A DNA stretch of 52,713 nt from a virus (lineage: Duplodnaviria; Caudoviricetes), in the IMG/VR virus record IMGVR_UViG_3300045971_000144, positions 1-52,713 of that record, one strand, 5' to 3'. The first letter of the stretch is position 1, and each line of letters starts with the position of its first letter. Below, one piece after another: positions 26,949 through 36,673 of the stretch. The notes under the pieces were generated by a model. That model searched no databases and had not been told where the DNA came from. It saw only the letters and a program-made list of their open reading frames with translations. Position numbers and translations under genes: made by a program.

Positions 26949-26974
26949 AGTTAAACTTATAAAGGAACAACACT

Positions 26975-27235
26975 ATGGCAAGTCGAATGTTTTCGGGTGA
27001 ACAAAAGAACAAACTCACACAACTGTTCAACGAAGGAATCGCAGTGATGCAGGAAGTAGAAGATTTGAGTGCTGGACTATCTGACACTATTAAAGCAGTA
27101 GCAGAAGAACTCGAAATCAAACCAGGTGTTTTGAAGAAAGCACTCAAGACAGCACAAAAAACACGTTTTGGCGAGCAAGATGCTGATCACGAAACTTTGC
27201 GCGACATTTTGGAAACGGTTGGAAGAACTCTCTAA
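26975..27235 (+). CDS. small DNA-binding protein, T4 DsbA-like
   Basis: 86 aa helical protein, LSDTIKAVAEELEIKPGVLKKA; AAGGA SD; lies before the replication genes. Confidence 0.55.
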   Translation: MASRMFSGEQKNKLTQLFNEGIAVMQEVEDLSAGLSDTIKAVAEELEIKPGVLKKALKTAQKTRFGEQDADHETLRDILETVGRTL

Positions 27236-27241
27236 TATTTG

Positions 27242-27814
27242 ATGCAGCCATCAACTAAAGTAAGACCATATGTTTATAATGGCATCAATCCAATAACTGG
27301 CGAATTTTATATTGGTTACCGAGAAATAAACACAAAACCATCTCATATAGATATACTTGAGTATAGAACTTCATCAAAAGTAGTAGAGCCGATATTTGAT
27401 ATGATGACCTGGCAAGTGTTGGCAGAATTTGAAACAGGAAAAGATGCATATGATTTTGAGCAACTTTCAATATACGAGAATTGGGACAATCCATTGTTGT
27501 TAAATGAAAGATGTTATTTTCAGAAAGAAAGATTTAAAAGCAAAAAAGGTTCTGTTCCGTGGAATAAAGGAAAACCCGGGCTACAGTCTCATTCTGAAAC
27601 TACTAAAGAAGTTATTCGTAAAAAACGAGCAACACAAGTATTTTCTTCTGAGACTTGCATCAAAATTAGTAAATCATTAGTTGGGAATAGTAGAAGTAAA
27701 AAGCCTCGGTCGATAGAACAAAATTTGGCAAAATCTTCAAGACAGACTGGACAAAAAAGAGGTCCATATAAAAAGAAGTCAGTAAATAGCATACAATCAC
27801 AGTTACGCAGCTAA
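27242..27814 (+). CDS. free-standing GIY-YIG homing endonuclease
   Basis: YVY..INPITGEFYIGYR, AYDFEQ, PLLLN, PWNKGK, HSETTKE; immediately upstream of the DNA polymerase. Confidence 0.75.
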   Translation: MQPSTKVRPYVYNGINPITGEFYIGYREINTKPSHIDILEYRTSSKVVEPIFDMMTWQVLAEFETGKDAYDFEQLSIYENWDNPLLLNERCYFQKERFKSKKGSVPWNKGKPGLQSHSETTKEVIRKKRATQVFSSETCIKISKSLVGNSRSKKPRSIEQNLAKSSRQTGQKRGPYKKKSVNSIQSQLRS

Positions 27815-27834
27815 AAGTGCGATAAGGAAATAAT

Positions 27835-30045
27835 TTGAGTTACATTGACGCAATTCTCGATAAACAGCGAGATAAAATTCACGTTGTAGAACGTGACGAA
27901 ACGGGTAAGCGTGTTTACACTGAGTTCCCAACCGAATATGTCCTTTATTATGAGGATTCAAAAGGTAAACACCAAACCATTTACAGAACACCTGTATCTA
28001 AGTTTACAACACAATCCAATACTCAGTTTAGAAAAGAGTTAAAAATACATAGTAGTAAAAAACTATGGGAAAGCGATGTAAATCCAATCTTCCGTTGCTT
28101 AGAGAAAAACTATCTCGGCGCAAAATCCCCAAAACTCCATACATGCTTTTTCGACATTGAGTCCGACTTTGACTTAGCACAGGGCGGTTATGCGCCAGTG
28201 GATGATCCGTTTAATATGATCACGGCTATTACTGTTTACTTAGACTGGTTGGACAAACTCATCACCTTAGCAGTGCCGCCTAAGACTTTAACTTGGGATC
28301 AGGCAACTGAGATCGCAAGTTTCTTTGACGACACATACCTGTTTCATACCGAAGCAGAAATGCTTGACACGTTTTTAAACTTGATTGACGATGCGGATGT
28401 GATTAGCGGATGGAACAGTGAGGGCTATGACGTTCCTTACACTGTTGGACGCATTATGCGGGTGCTGGCTAAGGACGACCTACGCAGGCTTTGCTTGTGG
28501 GATCAAATGCCAAAGAAGCGAGAGTTTGAACGCTACGGTGCGAAAAGCATGACGTATGATTTATGCGGCCGTGTGCACCTGGACTATATGCAACTGTATC
28601 GCAAGTATACATATGAAGAACGCCACAGCTATTCCCTTGATGCAATCGGCGAGTATGAACTTAACGAGCGCAAGTTGGCGTACGAAGGATCATTGGATCA
28701 GTTATACAATCAAGACTTTAAAAAGTTCATCGACTATAACAGGCAAGATACTCGCTTGCTTGCTCGTTTAGACGAAAAACTACGCTTCTTAGACTTGGCA
28801 AATGAGTTGGCACATGATAATACAGTGTTGTTGGCGACAACAATGGGCGCGGTTGCAGTGACTGACCAAGCTATTATTAACGCAGCGCACAAACAGGGAT
28901 TGGTTGTTCCATCCAAACCGCCGTATGTTGAAGAGACTGATGACGATATTGACGACGATGACAGCGACGGTCGAGCCGCTGGAGCGTATGTAGCACAGCC
29001 TAAGGTAGGTATGCATCAGTATATAGGTGCTATCGACATTAACTCACTATACCCATCCACAATTCGTGCCCTTAACATGGGACCAGAAACTATCGTGGGG
29101 CAATTACGGCCAGTAATGAGCGAACAATATATTGCGTCTAAAATGGCAGACAAGATTGTTAACCACCAAAAGCGTAAAGGTATGTCATTTGCCGCAGCAT
29201 GGGACGGATTGTTTGGGAGTCTTGAATACATTGCAGTAATGGCCCAAGAGAAAGACACAGAGATTATCATTGACTGGGAAGGTGGTGAGGCCACTGCCCA
29301 TAGTGCTGCTGATGTGTGGTCGCTTATCTTTGAAGGTGGACAGAAGTGGATGCTAAGTGGCAACGGCACTATTTTCCGCTACGACATTGAAGGCATTATC
29401 CCCACATTGCTTGCTACTTGGTATAAAGAGCGTAAAGAGCTACAGGCTAAGAAGAAGGAAGCAACCACTAAGGAAGATATTGCGTTCTGGGATAAGCGAC
29501 AGTTAGTGAAGAAGATTAACTTGAACTCACTGTATGGTGCGTTGTTGAATCCAGGCTGTAGATTCCACGATTTTAGGATTGGGCAGTCCACTACACTGAC
29601 TGGGCGTGTTATTGCCAAGCACATGGATGCGTTTACAAACGAGTGTATTACAGGCAAGTATGAACACGATGGTAAAGCAATTGTTTACGGTGATAGCGTA
29701 ACTGGTGACAGCCTCGTTAAAACTGATTCGGGCGAAATCACTATTGCGGAGATGTTTGTGCAGTGTGCTGGGCACGATGTTTACGGCGAAAAGGAATATG
29801 GCTTTGATACTTCCGCTAAAGTAGTAGGGTTTGATATATGTAAAGATCAACCAATTATGAGTGAAGTATCGTTTGTGATTCGGCATAAGACTAAGAAGAA
29901 GTTATATAGAATAACAACAGAAAGCGGTGAGTCTGTTACAGTAACAGAAGATCATAGTATCATGGTAGACCGCGATGGATTCACAATAGAAGTTAAACCA
30001 ACACAACTTACATTAGATGACTTAATAATCAAGCTTGTGGCATAA
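27835..30045 (+). CDS. polB: family B DNA polymerase, N-terminal part fused to split-intein N-fragment
   Basis: ExoI FFDIES, ExoII SGWNSEGYD, ExoIII YNRQD, motif A DINSLYPS, motif B KINLNSLYG, then YGD followed by intein sequence; TTG start with AAGGA SD. Confidence 0.95.
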   Translation: MSYIDAILDKQRDKIHVVERDETGKRVYTEFPTEYVLYYEDSKGKHQTIYRTPVSKFTTQSNTQFRKELKIHSSKKLWESDVNPIFRCLEKNYLGAKSPKLHTCFFDIESDFDLAQGGYAPVDDPFNMITAITVYLDWLDKLITLAVPPKTLTWDQATEIASFFDDTYLFHTEAEMLDTFLNLIDDADVISGWNSEGYDVPYTVGRIMRVLAKDDLRRLCLWDQMPKKREFERYGAKSMTYDLCGRVHLDYMQLYRKYTYEERHSYSLDAIGEYELNERKLAYEGSLDQLYNQDFKKFIDYNRQDTRLLARLDEKLRFLDLANELAHDNTVLLATTMGAVAVTDQAIINAAHKQGLVVPSKPPYVEETDDDIDDDDSDGRAAGAYVAQPKVGMHQYIGAIDINSLYPSTIRALNMGPETIVGQLRPVMSEQYIASKMADKIVNHQKRKGMSFAAAWDGLFGSLEYIAVMAQEKDTEIIIDWEGGEATAHSAADVWSLIFEGGQKWMLSGNGTIFRYDIEGIIPTLLATWYKERKELQAKKKEATTKEDIAFWDKRQLVKKINLNSLYGALLNPGCRFHDFRIGQSTTLTGRVIAKHMDAFTNECITGKYEHDGKAIVYGDSVTGDSLVKTDSGEITIAEMFVQCAGHDVYGEKEYGFDTSAKVVGFDICKDQPIMSEVSFVIRHKTKKKLYRITTESGESVTVTEDHSIMVDRDGFTIEVKPTQLTLDDLIIKLVA
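29695..30042 (+). mobile_element. split intein N-fragment (116 aa)
   Basis: Block A SVTGDSLV after YGD; block B VTVTEDHSIM; ends at the stop codon. Confidence 0.9.
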
Positions 30046-30074
30046 ATACTATATGGAGATAGGAGTATTAGCAT

Positions 30075-31031
30075 ATGATTAAATGTCTAGAATGTGGTTT
30101 TGAATCTGAGAGGTTACAATGGACGCACTTCAAATATAAGTGCACTGGTAAATTTAAGAACGGTGTCGAATATATGGCAGCGTACCCAGGGGCAAAAGTT
30201 GTAAGTAGTACGCTCGCAAAGTGTACCGCAGTTACACTAAATAACCTTGTCAAGAAATATGGGCAAGAAGAAGGCAAAACACGATGGGAGAGGTACTGTG
30301 GCAGGCAATCCAATTCTAACACGTACGAGTATAAGAAGGAAAAATACGGTTGGTCCAAGGAAGAGTTTGACGAGTATAATTCATCCAGGGCGCAAACATT
30401 ACAAAAAATGATTGCTCGCCACGGTGAAGAAGTAGGTGCTGCTAAGTGGGAAAATTACTGTCTCCGCCAGGCGTACACAAATACTAAAACATATTTCATC
30501 GAAAAATACGGGCAAGATGTAGGGACATTTCTATATCTAGCAGTCAACAAGAAAAAGAGTCTTGCTAGTAATCCGGCGCTGTTGGCAGAGCATTTACATA
30601 TTACTGAGGAAGAAGCTACTCAGATCATAATGAGTAGAAAATCCACTCAACATTGCAGCAACTTAGAAAACGAGTTTGTTGTAATGCTAGAAGACGCGAT
30701 CGGTTTCAAATTAGACCATACAAGCGTTAACTCTCCGTTCGGGAAATGGTCTACTCTTCTGAACTCATATGTGATTTATGATGTAGTCCACAAGAATTGC
30801 ATTATAGAATTTAACGGCGACTACTGGCATGCTAACCCAGATATCTATGTCGAATCTGCACTAATCCGTGGCCGCAGTGCGGTTGACATATGGCACAAAG
30901 ACATGCTAAAGTTGAAGACTGCCGAAGACTTAGGATTTAAGGTGATAACGGTATGGGAACAAGAATTTAAAAGCAGCAAAGCACTAACTATTGAAAGGGT
31001 AATCAAATGGATGTTATCAGAACTAAAGTAA
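30075..31031 (+). CDS. Vsr-like / DUF559-type endonuclease between the split-intein halves
   Basis: N-terminal CLECG..H...C zinc motif, repeated KYG.E.G..W..YC.RQ units, C-terminal YD..IIEFNGDYWH..D..K..GFKVITVWE. Confidence 0.8.
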   Translation: MIKCLECGFESERLQWTHFKYKCTGKFKNGVEYMAAYPGAKVVSSTLAKCTAVTLNNLVKKYGQEEGKTRWERYCGRQSNSNTYEYKKEKYGWSKEEFDEYNSSRAQTLQKMIARHGEEVGAAKWENYCLRQAYTNTKTYFIEKYGQDVGTFLYLAVNKKKSLASNPALLAEHLHITEEEATQIIMSRKSTQHCSNLENEFVVMLEDAIGFKLDHTSVNSPFGKWSTLLNSYVIYDVVHKNCIIEFNGDYWHANPDIYVESALIRGRSAVDIWHKDMLKLKTAEDLGFKVITVWEQEFKSSKALTIERVIKWMLSELK

Positions 31032-31132
31032 AGTCAGTCGAATGTCTAGGAGAAGTGGATGACTACGTTTATGATATAAGCGTTACTGGTCAAGACCCAG
31101 TATTCTTCGCAAACGACTTGCTCGTTAAAAAT
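31007..31132 (+). mobile_element. split intein C-fragment (42 aa)
   Basis: VKSVE..YVYDISV..FFANDLLVKN followed by +1 Thr; blocks F and G. Confidence 0.9.
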
Positions 31133-32026
31133 ACCGATTCCGTTTATTTCAGTGCATGGCCTATTATCAAGAAAGAAGTTGACGCTGGAACATTGGAATG
31201 GAACAAGGACATTTGCTTGCAGATGTATGATGCTATCGCTGACAAGGTTAACGAGAGTTTCCCCGCTATGATGGCTGCGGCTTGCAACTGTCCAACTGAG
31301 CGTGGTGCGTTGATTAAAGGCGGACGAGAATTAATTGCCACCTCTGGTTTGTTTATTAAAAAGAAGCGTTATGCTGTATTGATTTACGACATGGAAGGCA
31401 CACGTTTGGATCAATACGATCACGAAACTTCCAAGAAGAAAGGTGTGCACTTTGGACATGGCAAAGTAAAAGCAATGGGCTTAGACTTGAAGCGTTCAGA
31501 TACACCTCGCGTAGTACAGGACTTTTTGAGTGACTTACTTTACGATACGCTAATTAACGTAGACAAAGAAAAGATCATTACTAAAATCCGCGACTTTAAA
31601 CTGAAGTTTGCTGAAATCCCTGCATGGGAAAAAGGCACACCTAAGCGTGTGAACAATTTGACCAAATACACCAAAGAGTTTGAACTTACTGGTGGCTGTA
31701 GGGTTGGACACGTGATGGCAGCGATTAACTGGAACAGACTGAAAAAGATGCATGGTGATAACTACAGCCCAAGCATCGTAGACGGTATGAAGGTTATCGT
31801 GTGCAAACTTAAAAACAATCCGCTTGAGTATACCTCTGTTGCTTACCCAACAGACATTATGCACATACCGGACTGGTTTAAAGAGCTACCGTTTGACAAC
31901 GACCTTATGGAGACAACTATTGTTAACCAAAAGGTGGAGAACTTATTAGGCGTGCTAAACTGGGACATAACTAACAATACTGAAGTTAAGACCACATTTA
32001 GCTCGTTATTTACATTTGGAGAATAA
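31007..32026 (+). CDS. polB: family B DNA polymerase, C-terminal part preceded by split-intein C-fragment
   Basis: After the intein C-fragment: TDSVYF (completes YGDTDS), KKRYA, KAMGLDLKRSD. Confidence 0.93.
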   Translation: MDVIRTKVKSVECLGEVDDYVYDISVTGQDPVFFANDLLVKNTDSVYFSAWPIIKKEVDAGTLEWNKDICLQMYDAIADKVNESFPAMMAAACNCPTERGALIKGGRELIATSGLFIKKKRYAVLIYDMEGTRLDQYDHETSKKKGVHFGHGKVKAMGLDLKRSDTPRVVQDFLSDLLYDTLINVDKEKIITKIRDFKLKFAEIPAWEKGTPKRVNNLTKYTKEFELTGGCRVGHVMAAINWNRLKKMHGDNYSPSIVDGMKVIVCKLKNNPLEYTSVAYPTDIMHIPDWFKELPFDNDLMETTIVNQKVENLLGVLNWDITNNTEVKTTFSSLFTFGE

Positions 32027-32028
32027 TC

Positions 32029-32961
32029 ATGAGCATAGGTAAATTGATAAAATTTAAAGAAAGAGCAAAAAATAATATAGATTTGGTTGATATAAGTATC
32101 GCTATCAACAAAAAAATGAATCGATTGTTAACTATAGTTAAAGATATTGATGATATTGAATTATCTACGTTAGTATCACCAGTGTGCTCAGATCAAATGA
32201 AATTGTTTGACGATCTTATACAAAACTCTTCTACTAAATTGGCAAAGATTCTTGACGTCGTCGAATTGAAGATTAGCGACGAGGGGAAACTGTTGTCATC
32301 GCGAACTCCGCCAGAAACAGATTATGAAAGTCTTCGCCACTCGCGGGCATTTAATTACTCAGACTATATGTTACAGTTATTACTTGGCAGAATTAGCAAA
32401 TATTCGTCGTGGCAATATCCTGCGATGGAGATAAACCCACGCCGCCCTAGTATAATTACAACAAAATTAGTCGCAAGTGATCCACTTTACTTAGTTGAAC
32501 TTGAGTTTGAAAAAGTGTTAACTGACGCTTTATCTATTTTTACACCAGAATACCAAGCACGGTTACGCCCATATTTTATTAGCGGATATGACTTTTCAAT
32601 TCTACCTAAAGAACAGTTTGGCTTTGTCATTAGTGTAAACTCTTTCGACTTTATTAACAGCAATAGCATTGAACAATATATGAAAGCAATTTATCCATTA
32701 CTGCTACCCGGGGGCACATTTTTATTTACTTACAATAATTGTGAAATTCCCGTGGGTGCAATGATGGCAGAAGAGAATGTCCGCTCATATGTCACTCAAA
32801 CTACGATATCTGAAATGGCAGTTAATATTGGGTATGAAATAGCAGAAACTTTCAACTTAGTTGACCATCAGCAGCTCAGTTGGGTCGAGATTAAGAAACC
32901 CGGCACACTCAACACAATTAAAGGCCACCAAGCTCTTGGTGCAATTAAAGATATTGAGTGA
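32029..32961 (+). CDS. SAM-dependent methyltransferase-like protein
   Basis: LPKEQFGFVISVNSFDF..LLLPGGTFLFT resembles the class I MTase C-terminal motifs; motif I is degenerate. Confidence 0.55.
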   Translation: MSIGKLIKFKERAKNNIDLVDISIAINKKMNRLLTIVKDIDDIELSTLVSPVCSDQMKLFDDLIQNSSTKLAKILDVVELKISDEGKLLSSRTPPETDYESLRHSRAFNYSDYMLQLLLGRISKYSSWQYPAMEINPRRPSIITTKLVASDPLYLVELEFEKVLTDALSIFTPEYQARLRPYFISGYDFSILPKEQFGFVISVNSFDFINSNSIEQYMKAIYPLLLPGGTFLFTYNNCEIPVGAMMAEENVRSYVTQTTISEMAVNIGYEIAETFNLVDHQQLSWVEIKKPGTLNTIKGHQALGAIKDIE

Positions 32962-32978
32962 ATTAGTTTTCAAAAGAC

Positions 32979-33007
32979 TTGATACGGTCTAAATAAAGTA
33001 TTACAAT
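32979..33007 (+). promoter_or_regulatory. sigma70-type promoter with nested TAAATA
   Basis: TTGATA-17 nt-TACAAT, with TAAATA in the spacer. Confidence 0.55.
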
Positions 33008-33041
33008 TAGTGATAACATTAACCTACAGGAGTATTTTTTA

Positions 33042-33776
33042 ATGAATTTAGATTATTTGAAAGACATTGTGCAGCATACACACGGACTTGGCATGATTGA
33101 GCTTGTCAAACTTACTGGCACAATACAAGACACGTCGATTGACGCAATGTCAGAGGATCGTAGCGTTATTGTGCAAGCAAAGACGCATAACCCAATTCCA
33201 GAGTTTGTTGGCCAATTTGGTATGCCAAACCTGTCCAAATTGAACGTTATTTTGAACATTCCTGAATACAAGGAAGATGCCAAAATTTCGGTCACGATGC
33301 AAGATCGCAATGGTGAAAAGGTACCAGTAGGGTTGCACTTTGAAAACAAAGACAAAAACTTTAAGAACGATTATCGGTTCATGTCAACTGAATTGATTAA
33401 CGAAACACTCAAGGCGATTAAGTTCAAGGGTGTTAAATGGAATGTTGAGTTTGAACCATCAGCACTTAGCATCCAGCGTTTGAAGTTCATGGCGCAAGCT
33501 AACAGTGAAGAAACAACGTTTGTTGCTAAAACTGAAAACGGCAACCTAATGTTTTACTTTGGTGATCATTCGTCCCATGCAGGCAACTTTGCGTTTGCTG
33601 ACGGTGTTACTGGCACTGTGGCAAAAGGTTTCCACTGGCCAATCAGCGTAGTGCAAGGTATTTTAAACTTGCCAGGCGACAAGACCTTCCGCTTTAGTGA
33701 TGAAGGCGCTGCACAGATCACAGTTGATAGTGGTTTAGCAGTGTATAACTACACAATGCCCGCACAACAAAAATGA
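33042..33776 (+). CDS. probable DNA polymerase sliding clamp (gp45-like)
   Basis: 244 aa alpha/beta two-domain pattern (FGMPNLSKLNVIL..Y..Y) near the polymerase; inferred from size, pattern and context. Confidence 0.55.
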   Translation: MNLDYLKDIVQHTHGLGMIELVKLTGTIQDTSIDAMSEDRSVIVQAKTHNPIPEFVGQFGMPNLSKLNVILNIPEYKEDAKISVTMQDRNGEKVPVGLHFENKDKNFKNDYRFMSTELINETLKAIKFKGVKWNVEFEPSALSIQRLKFMAQANSEETTFVAKTENGNLMFYFGDHSSHAGNFAFADGVTGTVAKGFHWPISVVQGILNLPGDKTFRFSDEGAAQITVDSGLAVYNYTMPAQQK

Positions 33777-34204
33777 GTGACTTTCACTTAGACGCTGCTA
33801 TTTTTGCTGCTCAAGAGCAAAAAATGCGTACCTCAATGTTTACTGCATCGCGTAACATTTGGGTGACCTTTCAAAAGGAAGGCATCCACTGTTACCCAGC
33901 AGCATTGACTGAACCATCATTGTCTGATGTCAAGTTTTTAGGGTTCTCACATCGCCATATCTTCCACTTTCGGGTGGAGATTAGTGTGGAGCACAATGAC
34001 CGTGACATCGAGTTCATTCAGTTCAAGCGTTGGCTTGAAGCCCTTTACAGTAGCGACCGCTTAGATCTCAATTCTAAGAGTTGCGAAATGATTTCCGACG
34101 ACTTATATAGCCAGATTGCTATGCAATACCCAGGGCGATGTGTTACTATAGAAGTGTCAGAAGACGGTGAAAACGGATGCCGTATTACATATCCGTTGGT
34201 TTAA
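33773..34204 (+). CDS. QueD/PTPS-like T-fold protein (divergent)
   Basis: H...HRH, DRDIEF..FK, SCEMI and IEVSEDGENG parallel QueD H/HxH, DF..LK, xCE and VxET..N. Confidence 0.6.
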   Translation: MSDFHLDAAIFAAQEQKMRTSMFTASRNIWVTFQKEGIHCYPAALTEPSLSDVKFLGFSHRHIFHFRVEISVEHNDRDIEFIQFKRWLEALYSSDRLDLNSKSCEMISDDLYSQIAMQYPGRCVTIEVSEDGENGCRITYPLV

Positions 34205-34222
34205 TAAAAATAGGAAACTATC

Positions 34223-34447
34223 ATGGCAGCATCAGTAGAATCATACAACAAGAAATATTTGCGTATGAAACCAGAGGTTACACAAATTTTTGACATGTTG
34301 GATGAGTATTTGGATTTTGTGCGGCTACAATACCCGGCTGTGCCGTTTGATCCGAGCACTATGTACCACAACTCGAGCGAAACATGGAGGCGATTCACTC
34401 GTAGTCGCAATCAGCCATATCGTAATGAGCAGCAAGCACAACGATAA
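34223..34447 (+). CDS. hypothetical protein
   Basis: 74 aa ORF with AGGA SD. Confidence 0.6.
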   Translation: MAASVESYNKKYLRMKPEVTQIFDMLDEYLDFVRLQYPAVPFDPSTMYHNSSETWRRFTRSRNQPYRNEQQAQR

Positions 34448-34910
34448 GAAGCAGACAGCGGGCGGGACTTACGCAAAAGTAACACCGTCTGCTGAAACTG
34501 TTCAACGCATTCTTAGCATTGCGGGCCAATTAAATATACCAAATTTAGTTGGCCCATCGTCATTACACACCACGGTTGTTTATAGCCGTGTAGTATGTGA
34601 CGAGATCGCAAACATAAATGTACATTTTCCAATGCATGCCGCTGGCAAATCATTTAGAATATTTGAGACGGAGTCTGGTGAGCGAGCGTTAGTGTTAGAG
34701 TTAAACAGTATTCGCTTACATTCATTACATGATTATTGCCGCATTGCATATCATGCCACACATGATTATCCATCGTATACCCCACACATTACGCTAAGTT
34801 ATGACTATCCTGACATAGACTTACCGAGTAGCGATATGCTACAATACTTCAAGGACTTAGAGTTTGACCAATTTGTGGTTGAACCATTAAACTTTGAATG
34901 GACTGAATAG
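34425..34910 (+). CDS. acb1: 2H phosphodiesterase, Acb1 (T4 gp57B)-like anti-CBASS nuclease
   Basis: Two HxT motifs, LHTTVVYSR and YTPHITLSY; ATHDY; LVLELNS; C-terminal EPL..W. Confidence 0.8.
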   Translation: MSSKHNDKKQTAGGTYAKVTPSAETVQRILSIAGQLNIPNLVGPSSLHTTVVYSRVVCDEIANINVHFPMHAAGKSFRIFETESGERALVLELNSIRLHSLHDYCRIAYHATHDYPSYTPHITLSYDYPDIDLPSSDMLQYFKDLEFDQFVVEPLNFEWTE

Positions 34911-34919
34911 AAGAACAAT

Positions 34920-36593
34920 ATGACCGAAAAAATCAATTTAACACCAAATCAGAAAGATTACGCGGTATTTTTACCAGCAATCAGTGGTTTTTATTCAGGC
35001 TATGTAGGCAAGCAACGACACTCACAGCATATTGATGCTGCTCGTATGCCAACTCGCTTTGAGCATGGAGTCGAAGGGTTAAACTTCCTTAATCCAGACG
35101 AAGGCTACTTCCAATATAAGTGGGGTCTGTATTCAGCAGGACACGCTAACTTGGATATGACTAAGTTTGACATGAGTGAGGATATGATCCGCAATCGTGA
35201 CAAGTCAAGTTTCATCCTTGGTGACTCTGGAGGATTCCAGATCGGTAAAGGTGTATGGGAAGGTGATTGGCGTGCTGGTAGTGGTTGTGCTAAGGCCCAA
35301 AAGTATCGTCAGCAAGTTCTTGATTGGATGGAAGCCAACATGAACTACGGCATGACGCTTGATATTCCAGGTTGGGTTGGCCGTTCTCCAAAGGGTGCTG
35401 AAGCGACAAAGATCACAACTTACGACGAAGCAGTTGAAGCATCTAAATACAACTTTGAGTATTGGATGAAGAACCGCAAGGGCAACTGTAAGTTCCTTAC
35501 TGTATTGCAAGGCGACACTCATAAGCAAGCAGATCAGTGGTACGACGAAATGAAAGGTTATTGTGATCCCAAACAGTATCCAAATGATCATTTCAATGGT
35601 TGGGCAATGGGTTCTCAAAACAAATGTGATGTGCATCTTATTTTACGTCGGCTAGTGGCAATGATTTGGGATGGGTTGTTAGAATCTGGTAAACAAGATT
35701 GGATTCACTATTTGGGAACATCTAAATTAGAGTGGGCAATTATGTTCACTGATATCCAACGTGCTATCCGTAAGTATCACAACCCAACACTATCCATTAG
35801 CTTTGACTGTGCATCACCATTTCTAGCTACAGCAAACGGGCAAGTATACTGGCAAAACAATTTGGACGATGCTGGCAGGTGGTCGTATCAAATGTCAAAA
35901 TGTGTCGACGACAAGAAATATTCAAATGACCCACGCATGTTCCGCGACGTTATGGTTCAAGATCATTATTTCGAAAGTTTCATTGAAAGTCCAATTATTG
36001 ACCGTATGGAAATTAATGACGTATGTGTGTATGGGCCAACCGACTTGAACAAGATTGGCAAGATTGGCCGGACATCATGGGATAGTTTTGCGTATGCGTT
36101 GTTGATGGGTCATAATGTATATGCTCATATTAAAGCAGTGCAGGACGGCAATGATTTGTATGACCAAGGAATTGTCCCAGCTATGCTGCGAGACGAACTG
36201 CGTGACAAGTATGCGTTTAGACAATTAGTGGATGCTATTTTTAGTGCTAAAACTCGAGGTGAAGCAATGAAACTGGTTGACGATGAGAGCAAATGGTATT
36301 TGAAGATGCCAGGGTCAAGTGCTAACGGTAATTTAGGCAAAAAGGCAATGAATGCCCTTACATCAGCTGAAGACTTATTTGGTATACAGGCTCAGCCTAA
36401 GCCAAAGCCTGTACCTAAGGTAGTCGCGACAGTAGTAGAGACCCCAGTATTTGAGTTTGTTGCACCAGTAAAGAAAAAGCATCAGATTAAGAAAGATGGC
36501 AAGGCTACTACAAAGCACGTAGATATCTTTCATCGTGACGATTCGGGATTAGACGAAGACAAATTAGACAAACTCGAAGAAAGTGAAACATGA
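34920..36593 (+). CDS. TGT/DpdA-like guanine transglycosylase
   Basis: GDSGGFQ, MTLD, VLQG, GWAMG, IHYLG and SFDCASP occur in TGT barrel order; folE, queD and queE are nearby. Confidence 0.8.
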   Translation: MTEKINLTPNQKDYAVFLPAISGFYSGYVGKQRHSQHIDAARMPTRFEHGVEGLNFLNPDEGYFQYKWGLYSAGHANLDMTKFDMSEDMIRNRDKSSFILGDSGGFQIGKGVWEGDWRAGSGCAKAQKYRQQVLDWMEANMNYGMTLDIPGWVGRSPKGAEATKITTYDEAVEASKYNFEYWMKNRKGNCKFLTVLQGDTHKQADQWYDEMKGYCDPKQYPNDHFNGWAMGSQNKCDVHLILRRLVAMIWDGLLESGKQDWIHYLGTSKLEWAIMFTDIQRAIRKYHNPTLSISFDCASPFLATANGQVYWQNNLDDAGRWSYQMSKCVDDKKYSNDPRMFRDVMVQDHYFESFIESPIIDRMEINDVCVYGPTDLNKIGKIGRTSWDSFAYALLMGHNVYAHIKAVQDGNDLYDQGIVPAMLRDELRDKYAFRQLVDAIFSAKTRGEAMKLVDDESKWYLKMPGSSANGNLGKKAMNALTSAEDLFGIQAQPKPKPVPKVVATVVETPVFEFVAPVKKKHQIKKDGKATTKHVDIFHRDDSGLDEDKLDKLEESET

Positions 36594-36673
36594 AATGCTT
36601 TATAATCTTCGTATAATTGTTCTTTAGTTTTGTGACATTTAGTATTTTTATATATTTAGCATGGAGGTTAAAA

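Noticed and set aside
30046-31006. Group I intron or frameshift explaining the split polymerase
   Set aside because: Both halves carry clear intein blocks with their own stop and start, and there is no non-coding space for an intron core.
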